NCBI GenBank assembly: GCA_019115965.1
Contig: DXCP01000016.1
Coordinates: 6,003 to 70,002, forward strand
Length of the DNA stretch: 64,000 nucleotides
Source: Candidatus Olsenella excrementavium
Lineage (GTDB): Bacteria > Actinomycetota > Coriobacteriia > Coriobacteriales > Atopobiaceae
Direction: 5' to 3'
Made by a program: the position numbers and the translations under genes. Positions 10,148 to 19,522 of this stretch are shown here, piece by piece. Position 1 is the stretch's first letter. Every line of letters begins with the position of its first letter. A model generated the notes under the pieces. It searched no databases, was not told where the DNA came from, and saw only the letters and a program-made list of their open reading frames with translations.

Positions 10148-10623
10148 AGAGAGTCCGCGCTCATCTGGCGCAGTTCGGCGCCGAGGGGCGCATTCGTGAA
10201 TTCGAGGAGTCGAGCGCCACGGTGGAGCTTGCGGCGGCCGCCGTGGGCACGGAGCCCGCGCGCATTGCCAAGACGCTCAGCTTCATGGTGGGGGAGACGC
10301 CCACACTCATCCTTTTCGCCGGCGACGCCCGCGTCAACAACCAGGCGTTTAAGGCGACGTTCCACACCAAGCCCAAGATGCTCTCCGCAGACCAGGCGGA
10401 GCAGCTCATCGGTCATGCCGTGGGCGGCGTCTGCCCGTTTGGCGTGGAGCCCGGGGTGGACGTGTTTCTCGACGAGTCGCTGCGCCGCTTCGAGACGGTG
10501 TGGCCCGCCGCGGGCAGCTCCAACTCCGCCATCGAGCTCACCCTCGACGAGCTGGAGCGCTTCTCCGGCGCACGCGGCTGGGTGGACGTCGCCAAGGGCT
10601 GGAGAGACGAAGAATTGTCGTAG
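10138..10623 (+). CDS. YbaK/EbsC aminoacyl-tRNA deacylase
   Basis: SATVELAA, IAKTL, GGVCPFG, AAGS. Confidence 0.9.
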   Translation: MSIERVRAHLAQFGAEGRIREFEESSATVELAAAAVGTEPARIAKTLSFMVGETPTLILFAGDARVNNQAFKATFHTKPKMLSADQAEQLIGHAVGGVCPFGVEPGVDVFLDESLRRFETVWPAAGSSNSAIELTLDELERFSGARGWVDVAKGWRDEELS

Positions 10624-10691
10624 TCTTGCCGTTGGCGAGCGCCAGGCGGGCGTTATTCTCGCCGTCGCGTTACACTTAGCTGACTGTACCG

Positions 10692-12089
10692 ATGACGCAC
10701 GCGACGGGAGCGCACGTGGCAGCAGACGAGAAGAGCCCTAAGAAGGCCAACGCGGCGGCCAGGGCCAAGAAGGTCCCGCTGAAGGTCTCTGCCGTGCGGA
10801 CGGTCTCGCCCGAGGACAGCGCCGCTGACAAGAAGTCCCTGGGACAGGTGCGCAAGACCTTCGTCTTCCTTGGCTTCGTTGCCATTGCCTATGCGGCCTA
10901 CCTGGTCTTCTCCGGGCAGGTTGACGAGTTTGTGACGTCGCTTGCGGGCGTTGACCTCGCCTGGGTCGTGGCCGGCGTCATCTGCTTCCTGTTCTACTAC
11001 GTCTTTGGCGTGGTGGCCTACGCGCTCTCCATCATCGCCGACCCGGACAACCCCGTGGGCATCCGCGACCTCATGAGCGTCGAGGCGTCCGGAGTCTTCT
11101 TCATGCGCCTGACGCCCAACAGTGCCGGCGCCCCGCCCGCCCAGATCTACCGCCTCACGCGAGCCGGTCTCTCGGTCGGCGAGGCGAGCGCCCTCAACTT
11201 CACGCGCACGGTTCTCTACGAGGCCGGCGAGGGCGTCTTCGCCGCCATCATGCTCGTCTTCTGTGGCGGCTACTTCTACGAGACCTTCGGCGACGTCACG
11301 CTGATCGGCCTCTTCCTCTTTGGCTTCAAGGTGGTGCAGGTGGGTGCGATGCTCTTCCTGTGCCTGTTCCCCAAGCCGGTGGTGGCGATCGGCAACTGGG
11401 CGCTGCGCTTTGCCAACCGCCGCGGCTGGCTCAAGGACGAGAAGTACGAGCAGTGGTATGAGATGGTCAACACGCAGGTGGTCAAGTTCTCGGCCGCCTT
11501 CAAGCGCTCCGCCAAGAACGTCCGCGAGATGCTCATGACGATGGCGGTGACGCTGCTGCAGCTCGGCTGCATGTACGCGCTCCCGTGGTTCGTGCTGCGC
11601 GCCTTTGGCGAGCCGGCGGACTTCCTGATCTGCCTGGCCTCGGGCTCCATGCTCGAGCTGCTGATCAACGCGGTCCCGCTGCCGGGCGGCGCGGGTGGTG
11701 CCGAGGTCGGCTTTGCGATCCTCTTCCAGGGCATGTACGGCGTCCACACCACGGCCGGCTTTGTCATCTGGCGCGCGGTGGAGTACCTGCTGCCGGTCCT
11801 CATCGCCGCCCCGTGCATGGGCATGCGCTCCAAGAGCGGCGAGAGCCTCAACAGGCGCTGGAAGCGCGTCCGCAAGCGCATCAAGGGGTTCGTCACCGGT
11901 CGGGGCTCCGGCAAGCGTGCGGCCGCGCGCGGCGGCGTTACTGTGAAGCCCAAGGCCAAGAAGGTCGTCGTGTCCGGCTCCGGCGCAAGGGCGGGCGAGT
12001 CCGACGTCCAGGCGCGCATCGCCGCCGGCAAGGCAGCCGCTGCCGCCAAGAAGGAGGCAGCCGAGAAGGACGACGCTGGCCAGAAGTAG
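10692..12089 (+). CDS. Lysylphosphatidylglycerol synthase-like TM (flippase) protein with Lys/Ala-rich tails
   Basis: LTP-x-AG, PLPGGAGGAE, IWR motifs; multiple TM helices. Confidence 0.8.
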   Translation: MTHATGAHVAADEKSPKKANAAARAKKVPLKVSAVRTVSPEDSAADKKSLGQVRKTFVFLGFVAIAYAAYLVFSGQVDEFVTSLAGVDLAWVVAGVICFLFYYVFGVVAYALSIIADPDNPVGIRDLMSVEASGVFFMRLTPNSAGAPPAQIYRLTRAGLSVGEASALNFTRTVLYEAGEGVFAAIMLVFCGGYFYETFGDVTLIGLFLFGFKVVQVGAMLFLCLFPKPVVAIGNWALRFANRRGWLKDEKYEQWYEMVNTQVVKFSAAFKRSAKNVREMLMTMAVTLLQLGCMYALPWFVLRAFGEPADFLICLASGSMLELLINAVPLPGGAGGAEVGFAILFQGMYGVHTTAGFVIWRAVEYLLPVLIAAPCMGMRSKSGESLNRRWKRVRKRIKGFVTGRGSGKRAAARGGVTVKPKAKKVVVSGSGARAGESDVQARIAAGKAAAAAKKEAAEKDDAGQK

Positions 12090-12194
12090 GGATTCTCGAA
12101 AAAGTGCGGCAATCTCAAAATTGTGCTTGCGCTCCAGACGGGTTCCTTGCTACTATATCCCTCGCGCTGCGGTCCCCAGCAGTGCATCACATAA

Positions 12195-12269
12195 GGGCGT
12201 TTAGCTCAGGGGGAGAGCGCTTCCCTGACACGGAAGAGGTCACAAGTTCAAATCTTGTAACGCCCACCA
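12195..12269 (+). tRNA. tRNA-Val(GAC)
   Basis: Anticodon arm CTTCC-CTGACAC-GGAAG, CCA end; upstream TTGCGC-18nt-TACTAT. Confidence 0.95.
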
Positions 12270-12277
12270 TCAATGAT

Positions 12278-12313
12278 GCAGGCCAGACAGTGAACTGTCT
12301 GGCCTGCTTTCTT
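12278..12313 (+). terminator. Terminator after tRNA-Val
   Basis: 13-bp perfect stem GCAGGCCAGACAG/CTGTCTGGCCTGC then TTTCTT. Confidence 0.8.
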
Positions 12314-12455
12314 GTCTGTAGGGGGTCCGGTCAACGGGGGTCCCGTTCCTCTCGAGCTTCCCTGTCACATACTGTCACTTCCCGTGTGTACTAGGTGAGG
12401 GGAAGGCAGCTGCGGCCCCGAGGGACATTTGACGAACCACGAGAGGAGGCTGCCT

Positions 12456-12983
12456 ATGGCTTGCTCGCACAGTGTGCCCGACCGCGACCCCGAGCGGCTC
12501 GTGCGCGACTACGCCGACCTCGTCCTGCGCGTGTGCTATACCTACCTGCGCTCGACGGCCGACGCCGAGGATGTCTGCCAGGACACGCTCGTGAAGCTCA
12601 TCTACCGCGACGAGCCGTTCCGTGATTCCGGCCACGAGCGCGCATGGGTCGTCCGCGTGGCGTCGAACGCCTGCAGGAACCTGCTGCGGGATCGCAGTGC
12701 GCACCGCGAGGCGGACCTCGACTCCGTGCCGGAGCCCGTCGCGGCGGAGGGGCCGGGAGAGGGTGAGCTCCGACAGCGCGACGACCGGGTGCTCGCCGCC
12801 GTGATGGCGCTCCCGCTCCCGCAGAGAGAGGCGGTGTACCTGCACTACTACGAGGGCTACCCCACGCGCGAGGTCGCTCGGATCGTGGGCGCCACGGACG
12901 AGGCCGTGCGCCAGCGCCTGAGTCGCGCCCGCGCAAGGCTCAGAGACGACCTGAAGGGAGACTACGATGAGTTCCCCGCTTGA
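12456..12983 (+). CDS. ECF RNA polymerase sigma factor (SigV-like)
   Basis: DAEDVCQD, AWVVRVASN, region 4 REAVYLHYYEG...RLSRAR; RBS GAGGAGG. Confidence 0.9.
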   Translation: MACSHSVPDRDPERLVRDYADLVLRVCYTYLRSTADAEDVCQDTLVKLIYRDEPFRDSGHERAWVVRVASNACRNLLRDRSAHREADLDSVPEPVAAEGPGEGELRQRDDRVLAAVMALPLPQREAVYLHYYEGYPTREVARIVGATDEAVRQRLSRARARLRDDLKGDYDEFPA

Positions 12984-14085
12984 TAGCTACACCGCATCTA
13001 TGGACGGTCTGCGCCTTCCCGACGAGGCCAAGTCCCGCATGGTCGAGGCCCTGAGGGAGGCCGAGAAGAGCGCGCGGCCTGCGGCCCCTGCCGAGGTCCT
13101 GACCATGCCCGTGCGCCATCCCAGGCGCCATGTCCGCCGCTGGGCGCGCGTCGCCGCCGGGCTCGCCCTGGCGCTCGCCCTGGGCGGTGGCGCCACCATC
13201 GCGGTGGCGGCGGGCGTGCTGCCCAACCCGGCCGACGTGCTCTCGGACGTCTTTGACGGAGCCCCGGCCCGGACCGAGCTCCTGAACGAGGTGGGACACC
13301 CCATCGGTGCCAGCGCGACCTCGAACGGCGTCACTGTGACGGCCGAGGCCGTGGTGGGCGACCGCTCCAACTACGCCGTAGCCTACTCGATCGAGTTCGA
13401 CGACCCCGCAGCGCTCGAGGGGCTCGGGCTTCACGATGGCGGCACCCTGACCTACGTGGGGGACGCGTTCCTGCGCGTGGACGGCGCGATGGGCGGGGGC
13501 GGTTTCGCCCGGCTCTACGACGCTGACCCCGGCGACAACACCCTGCAGCTCGTGCAGGTCATGGGGGTGCAGACGTGGAACGACGCGGGCATTGTGGGCC
13601 GCACGGCGCGCTTCTCGATGAGCAAGCTCGAGATTTTCACCGATGAGGGGGAGATCGAGACTCTGGCGGCCGGCGACTGGAACTTCAAGTTCGAGATGAA
13701 CTACGTGGACACGACCGTCGACCTGCCGGACGGCCAGACAACGACGTGGCAGGGCTCGGACGTCACGATCGACGCCGTGGCGGTGTCCTCCCTCGGCGTT
13801 ACGGTGGACTACACGATCGACCGACAGATCGGTGACCTTGGCCCCTCGGGCCAGATGAGCGACGAGGCCTTGGCGGAGCAGGCCGCCGTGTTGGGCCTGC
13901 CCGTGATCGTGACCTTCGCTGATGGCACGACGTTCGACGCCACGGACGCCAACGGCTCTTCGGTGAAGCGGGATGACGGCACGAGCACCGTCTCCAAGGC
14001 GACGACCTATGACCGCATCGTGGATGCGGGCGACATCGTGAGCGTGACGGTGGGTGACGTGGAGATCCCCGTGAGCGCGGCGTAG
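12967..14085 (+). CDS. Putative anti-sigma factor (DUF4179-like), single TM
   Basis: Overlaps ECF gene, one TM, acidic extracellular domain with NGVTVT. Confidence 0.7.
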   Translation: MSSPLDSYTASMDGLRLPDEAKSRMVEALREAEKSARPAAPAEVLTMPVRHPRRHVRRWARVAAGLALALALGGGATIAVAAGVLPNPADVLSDVFDGAPARTELLNEVGHPIGASATSNGVTVTAEAVVGDRSNYAVAYSIEFDDPAALEGLGLHDGGTLTYVGDAFLRVDGAMGGGGFARLYDADPGDNTLQLVQVMGVQTWNDAGIVGRTARFSMSKLEIFTDEGEIETLAAGDWNFKFEMNYVDTTVDLPDGQTTTWQGSDVTIDAVAVSSLGVTVDYTIDRQIGDLGPSGQMSDEALAEQAAVLGLPVIVTFADGTTFDATDANGSSVKRDDGTSTVSKATTYDRIVDAGDIVSVTVGDVEIPVSAA

Positions 14086-14175
14086 GGCCAGCGCGGATCG
14101 AGCCTAGGGTGACGGGTTTGTGTCCGGCCCCCTTCCTAGAATGGGCACACCTGTTCTAGGAAGGGGGCGGACGCG

Positions 14176-14466
14176 ATGGTAAGGCTCGGCGGCACCTGCG
14201 GCATACCGCGCTACGACCGCCGGGTCTACGTCAAGGTCAGCTGTGCGGTGGATTCTGCGGGCGTCGTGCGACCGACGGAGATCGACTGGGACGGCACGAG
14301 GCGCTTCCCGGTGCTCTCGTGTGGCGCGCAGCAGGAGTGGGGCCGCTGGGAGAACGGCAGCCTCGTCGAGGGGTGGCGCGTCGAGGTGGCGCCGAACGTC
14401 TGGCGCACGCTGTGGTGGGAGCGCGGCCGCTTCTTCGTGGAACGACGAGACGCCAACGGGGAATAG
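14176..14466 (+). CDS. Small conserved hypothetical protein (DUF6504-like, possibly SOS-linked)
   Basis: YVKV..P..IDWDG.RRF..LWWE..RFFVE pattern, RBS AGGAAGGGGG. Confidence 0.55.
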   Translation: MVRLGGTCGIPRYDRRVYVKVSCAVDSAGVVRPTEIDWDGTRRFPVLSCGAQQEWGRWENGSLVEGWRVEVAPNVWRTLWWERGRFFVERRDANGE

Positions 14467-14468
14467 CC

Positions 14469-16628
14469 CTATCTCAGCTTGCTCGCGAACTCGAGATAGG
14501 TGATCTGTGCGAGGTCGTCATAGGCCTGGGGGAGCGCGTCCCCGTCATCGGCCGACACCCACGTGCCGTCGGCGAGCGCGGTTCCCAGCAGGCTCACGGC
14601 GGGCATGTCCTCTCGAATGGCAAGCTGTGCCTTCTGGAAGTCCGTGAGGGGGGCGCCGATCATTCCGGCCGTCAGGGCACCGAGGTATGCTGGGCTTGCG
14701 TCGAGCTCCCGTCCGTCCTGCGCGCACCCCGCAACGTCGTAGTTCGCCCAGATGAGGTAGCTGGAGCGATACGTCTCGAGCGTGGCCTCCGCGTCCCCGG
14801 ATGCGTCCCCGCCGCCGGTACCGCCGGCGATTGCGTTCCCGCTCTCGTCATAGACCTGCTCGCCGTTGAGCGCGGCCTCCAGAATCGTGGAGAGGGCGGG
14901 CTGGTGGTCGCCAAAGAAGACCACGACCACGGGGCGGTCGAGCTCCTCGAGCTCGTCCAGGAACTCCTCGAGCGCGCGGTCAGACTCGTCGATGCAGGCG
15001 AGGTACTCGGAGAGCCGCGCGTTGTCATAGTCGCTCAGACCGTCCACGTGGTACTGCTCCACGTCTCCCAGGTTGTTCTGGTCGTAGCCGGAGTGATTCT
15101 GCATGGTGACGTCGAAGATGAACTGCGGCTCGTCGCTGTTCTCGAGAAGCTCCAGGCACTTGTCGTAGGTGGCTGCGTCCGAGACGCCGCTGTGGTAGAC
15201 CTCGTCCCCGGCGAAGTCGTCGATGGAGAGGAACTCGTCAAAGCCCAGCGCCTCATAGACACGATCGCGGTTCCAGTTGGTCGCGTAGTTGGGGTGCATG
15301 GCGGTAGTCTCGTAGCCAAGGTCGGAGAACTGCCGGGCGAGGCTCGGCGCCACGGAGAGGTCGTAGAGGGAGTAGGGATACTTGCCGTCGCCGACGTAGG
15401 CGAGCGACACCCCGGTGAGGAACTCGAACTCCGTGTTGCAGGTGCCGCCTCCGAGAACGGACACGTTGAGGCTGCCCTGCGCGAGCGCATCGTCAGCCGA
15501 CCCTACGAACGACGGGCCGTCGTAGCCCCAGGAGGCGCCGTCGAGCTCGGAGAGGTCCGCGAAGGACTCGTTCATGATGCAGATGACGCTGGGACGCTCC
15601 GCGTCGAACTGCCCCTCGGCGGCCGCGCGCTCCTCGGAGGCTCCCTCGCCCTCGTCATAGCGCTCGACGTAGGAGGCCTCGAGCTTGGAGACGTCATCCT
15701 CGTCGTAACCCTCGGGCACGTCGATCGGCAGGTCCTGGGCGACGGCGACGAACGAGGTGATGAAGCCCTGCTTGCGATAGTAGTCGAGGGAGTACCAGTA
15801 CTTCATCTGGACGCCAAGGGTGTCAAAGTAGCTCGGAACGGTGACCAGGGCGACGAGTGTGGCGAGAAGGGCGGCGGAGCAGCCGAGGTTGGCCGCGACG
15901 CGGCGTCCGCGCGACGCAGCGGGCGCCGGCGTGACGAGCGAGCCGACGGCTGCGGCGAGCAGCAGAGCTGCGAGGCCGAGCACCACGCCCCCGCCGATGG
16001 CGTAGGTGTAGCCACCGCTCACGGCGGCGGCGGTGCCGAGGACAAAGAGGTCGTTGGGCAGGATGGCAGCGGACTTGAAGCTCGCGATGAAGAACTGGGC
16101 GAGACCGATCACAAAGCAGAGGCACGCGCCCACGAACATACCTGCGCCCCGGCGCTGGAAGAGGAAGTGGAGAACGCCGATTGCGAGCAGGATGATGAGC
16201 ACCTGGAGCAACGCGTACTGCGGCGCCATCCAGATGATCTCGTAGTTGTACGGGAGCTCGACGGCGAGGTGCCCGAGCACTGCGCCGGCGAGCAGGGCGA
16301 CGGCCGTGAAGCGCGTGTGCGTCTGCGGCTGTGACCAGCCGCGCTTCTCGCCCCATGCGGTGACGTCGGCGAGAATGCGCTCTCGGCGGAGCACGACCTG
16401 CGAGCTGCCAAGGGCGGCGGCGACCAGGACGATCGGCTCGACCGGGCCACCTTGATAGAGTCCCAGGACGCAGAGGGTTGCGAGACCGGCGAGCACCAGC
16501 AGGGGAACGGCAAGCCAGCAGATCTGGCCCGCACGCGGACGACCGTTCTGGCGCGCGAAGCGAAGCGTGGTAACGACGATGCCGACAACGGCGGCGACCA
16601 GCACAAGGGCTATCAGGAGGGCGAGCAT
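14469..16628 (-). CDS. LTA synthase family / sulfatase membrane protein
   Basis: N-terminal TMs; IMNESF, GGTCNTEFE, TMQNH, FGDHQP. Confidence 0.9.
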   Translation of the reverse strand: MLALLIALVLVAAVVGIVVTTLRFARQNGRPRAGQICWLAVPLLVLAGLATLCVLGLYQGGPVEPIVLVAAALGSSQVVLRRERILADVTAWGEKRGWSQPQTHTRFTAVALLAGAVLGHLAVELPYNYEIIWMAPQYALLQVLIILLAIGVLHFLFQRRGAGMFVGACLCFVIGLAQFFIASFKSAAILPNDLFVLGTAAAVSGGYTYAIGGGVVLGLAALLLAAAVGSLVTPAPAASRGRRVAANLGCSAALLATLVALVTVPSYFDTLGVQMKYWYSLDYYRKQGFITSFVAVAQDLPIDVPEGYDEDDVSKLEASYVERYDEGEGASEERAAAEGQFDAERPSVICIMNESFADLSELDGASWGYDGPSFVGSADDALAQGSLNVSVLGGGTCNTEFEFLTGVSLAYVGDGKYPYSLYDLSVAPSLARQFSDLGYETTAMHPNYATNWNRDRVYEALGFDEFLSIDDFAGDEVYHSGVSDAATYDKCLELLENSDEPQFIFDVTMQNHSGYDQNNLGDVEQYHVDGLSDYDNARLSEYLACIDESDRALEEFLDELEELDRPVVVVFFGDHQPALSTILEAALNGEQVYDESGNAIAGGTGGGDASGDAEATLETYRSSYLIWANYDVAGCAQDGRELDASPAYLGALTAGMIGAPLTDFQKAQLAIREDMPAVSLLGTALADGTWVSADDGDALPQAYDDLAQITYLEFASKLR

Positions 16629-16724
16629 CTTTTTCTTTCCATGACAGGGGCATTACGGCCCGCTCATGATACAGACCCCATGTCAAAAACTTGTGCAGAC
16701 GCCCCTTTTGAGCTCCTGCGCCGC

Positions 16725-17051
16725 CTATCGAGCGTCGCGGATGTAGACGCCGACCATGAGCTGGTGCCAAGGACTGCGCGTGGGGTCCGCCTTGAGGATG
16801 CGGCACTCGAGGACGTCCGCGTGACCGTAGAAGGCGAGCGCCGAGATGAGCCCACTCTCGTCGGCGGGGACATAGCCCAGCTTGACGCCCCTCCAGCGGA
16901 TGGCGACTGCCTCGGGGTCGTGCGGGTTGTCCCGCTCGGCGACAAGGTCGAGCTGCATGCCGGATGCAAGCTCCCCGATGACGGTTGCCCCGTCCCAATA
17001 CTGGAACCCGGCGACGTAGAACGTGGAAACGTGTCGTGACGGCTCGTACAT
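16725..17051 (-). CDS. Stand-alone HIRAN domain protein
   Basis: FYVAGFQY, ERDNPHDPEAVAI, KLGYVP; RBS GGAGG. Confidence 0.85.
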   Translation of the reverse strand: MYEPSRHVSTFYVAGFQYWDGATVIGELASGMQLDLVAERDNPHDPEAVAIRWRGVKLGYVPADESGLISALAFYGHADVLECRILKADPTRSPWHQLMVGVYIRDAR

Positions 17052-17210
17052 GATGGCCTCCCAGCCCAGATGACGTGGCGACGGTGCTTCCGTCGACTGA
17101 GAATAGGTTATGAGGGGGACCGGACAATAATTCGCCGACACCGCATGCTCCGCCGGCAGCATCGTGTGACAATGGGTGCACCCTAGAATCTTTCACGAGA
17201 GGAGCCCGCC

Positions 17211-17561
17211 ATGCCCGTCGTTCACACCTACTGCTCCGCCCCCATCACGCCTGCTGCGCGCGAGACGCTGAAGGCTGCGTACGGCAGGGCGATCGAGGTC
17301 GTGCCCGGCAAGTCCGAGGCATGGCTGATGTGCCTCTTCGAGGGCGAGACTCCCATCTACTTTGCCGGCGACGATTCCGCCCCGTCGGCGCTTGTCGACG
17401 TGAGCTCGTTCGCTCGCAGCGAGGTGCCCGACGCCGTGTGGGAGCGCTTCACCAAGGAGGTCACGCCCATCGTCTGCCGTGAGCTCGGCGTGGATGCGGA
17501 ACGCCTCTACATCCGCTACGGCACGTCGTCGAGCTTTGGCTGGAACGGGTCAAACCTCTGA
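17211..17561 (+). CDS. MIF/phenylpyruvate tautomerase-like protein
   Basis: N-terminal Pro, PGKSEAWLM, RLYI, GWNGSN. Confidence 0.85.
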   Translation: MPVVHTYCSAPITPAARETLKAAYGRAIEVVPGKSEAWLMCLFEGETPIYFAGDDSAPSALVDVSSFARSEVPDAVWERFTKEVTPIVCRELGVDAERLYIRYGTSSSFGWNGSNL

Positions 17562-17764
17562 TGGGCGGACGGGACGACGCGGCGCGCCTGGTCGCCTACG
17601 ACGAGTTTGCCGCTGGCGTGAGGGGTGAGCTCGAGGCCACGAAGGCGCGCATGGACGAGCTGGCCGCCGCCGGCAAGGTGAAGACCGCCACGTACCGACA
17701 GCTCTTCGCCGCGCGCATCACGCTGAAGGAGATCGACTCCCGCCTGCGGGAGCGCGGCCTGTAG
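17561..17764 (+). CDS. Small hypothetical protein
   Basis: Coupled to upstream gene; GKVKTATYRQL motif. Confidence 0.6.
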   Translation: MGGRDDAARLVAYDEFAAGVRGELEATKARMDELAAAGKVKTATYRQLFAARITLKEIDSRLRERGL

Positions 17765-19522
17765 CTACTCCGTCGGGGCGAACTGCGCCTCGTAGATGCG
17801 CTTGTAGCGACCTCCCGCAGCGAGCAGCTCGTCGTGGGTGCCGCGCTCGGCAATCACGCCGTTCGCCATGACGCAGATGAGGTCGGCGTCGCGCACGGTG
17901 GACAGGCGGTGCGCCACCACAAAGCTCGTGCGGCCCTCCATGAGGCGTGCCAGCGCGCGCTGGACCAAAAGCTCGGTGCGGGTGTCGATGTTCGAGGTGG
18001 CCTCGTCGAGAATCAGCATCGCCGGGCGCGCCAGCATGACGCGCGCTATGCACAAAAGCTGCCGCTGGCCCGCGGAGAGCGAGGCGGAGCCGTCGAGCAC
18101 CGTGTCGTAGCCCTGGGGCAGGCGCATGATGAAGTCGTCAGCGTATGCCTCGCGGCAGGCGGCGCGGACCTCCTCGAGCGTGGCGTCCGGACGGCCCATG
18201 CTCACGTTCTCGCGCACCGTGGCACGACGGACCCACGTGTCCTGCAGCACCATGCCCCAGCCCGCGCGCAGGCTCTCGCGCGTGAGGTCGCGCACGTCGC
18301 TGCCGTCCACGCGCACGGCGCCGGAGTTCACGTCGTAGAAGCGCATGATGAGGTTGATGAGCGTGGTCTTGCCGCAGCCCGTCTCGCCCACGAGGGCGAT
18401 GCGCCGGCCGGGCGCTACGTCGAGATCAACGTCGCGCAGCACGAGGTGCCTCGCGTCGTAGCCAAACGCCACATGATCCAGGTCGACCTCGCCGCGGGGC
18501 TCCGCCAGCATGACGGCACCCGCCGCGTCCGGCTCCTCTGCCGGCACGTCCAGGAGGGCAAAGAGCCGCTTGGCGCAGGCAACGGAGTTCTGTAGCTCCG
18601 TGGCAACGCCGGAGATGTCGTTGAAGGGCTTGGCGTACTGGTCCGCGTAGCCCAGGAAGGCCGAGAGCCCGCCCACGGTGATGCCGCCTCCCATTGCCAC
18701 GAAGGCGCCAAAGATGCCGATTGCGGCGTACACCAGGGCGTTTGCGAAGCGCGTGGTGGGGTTCACCAAGGACGAGAAGAACACTGCCTTGAAGCTCTCC
18801 TGCCCGAGCGCCGCGTCCGTCTCGGCAAAGCGCGCGTGGACCGCCTCTGCCATGTCGAAGGTCTCGATCGCGGAGATGCCGCCGACCATCTCCTCCACGT
18901 AGGCCGTGAGCTCGCCGCGCAGACGCGTCTGACCGGAGAAGTGCCGCGCGCTGTGCGTGGCGATGAAGCGCGCCGTGAAGATGGATATCGGCGTGAGCAG
19001 GGCGACCACGGCGGCGATGGCCGGGTTGAGCGCGAACATGAAGACGAGCGTGACCACGATCGTGAGCACGCCGACGGGAAGCTGCTGGAATGCCATGAGC
19101 AGGCCGTTGGTGAGCATGTCAGCGTCGGTGACGATGCGCGCGGCCAGATCTCCGTGGCCGTGCGAGTCGATGTAGGAGAGCGGGAGCTCCTGCAGGTGGT
19201 CGAAGGCGCGCTGGCGCAGCGTCAGGGCGGCGCCAAAGGCGAGGCGGTTGGTGACGGCGGTGAGCGCCCACTGGCAGACCGCCGTGACGCCGAGGGTCAC
19301 GGCGATCCAGGCGAGCGAGCGCGCAAGGCCGGTGAGGTCCACCTGGCCCACGCCCACCACGCAGTCCACGGCGCGCCCCGAGAGCACGGGCAGCGCGAGC
19401 GTGCCCACGACCACGGCGACCGTGAGCACCGCAGCCGCCGCGAGCGAGCCGCGCCTGTCCGAGAAGAGCGCGAGCACGCGGCGCACGGTGTCGTCCTGGC
19501 GTCCGAGGTTCTTCTCGCTCAT
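17765..19522 (-). CDS. Heterodimeric ABC exporter subunit (TM + ATPase)
   Basis: GETGCGKT, LSAGQRQ, LDEATS. Confidence 0.9.
   Translation of the reverse strand: MSEKNLGRQDDTVRRVLALFSDRRGSLAAAAVLTVAVVVGTLALPVLSGRAVDCVVGVGQVDLTGLARSLAWIAVTLGVTAVCQWALTAVTNRLAFGAALTLRQRAFDHLQELPLSYIDSHGHGDLAARIVTDADMLTNGLLMAFQQLPVGVLTIVVTLVFMFALNPAIAAVVALLTPISIFTARFIATHSARHFSGQTRLRGELTAYVEEMVGGISAIETFDMAEAVHARFAETDAALGQESFKAVFFSSLVNPTTRFANALVYAAIGIFGAFVAMGGGITVGGLSAFLGYADQYAKPFNDISGVATELQNSVACAKRLFALLDVPAEEPDAAGAVMLAEPRGEVDLDHVAFGYDARHLVLRDVDLDVAPGRRIALVGETGCGKTTLINLIMRFYDVNSGAVRVDGSDVRDLTRESLRAGWGMVLQDTWVRRATVRENVSMGRPDATLEEVRAACREAYADDFIMRLPQGYDTVLDGSASLSAGQRQLLCIARVMLARPAMLILDEATSNIDTRTELLVQRALARLMEGRTSFVVAHRLSTVRDADLICVMANGVIAERGTHDELLAAGGRYKRIYEAQFAPTE

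Noticed and set aside
12362-12395. ECF autoregulatory promoter (tandem TGTCAC)
   Set aside because: Plausible, but the -10 element and spacing cannot be assigned confidently
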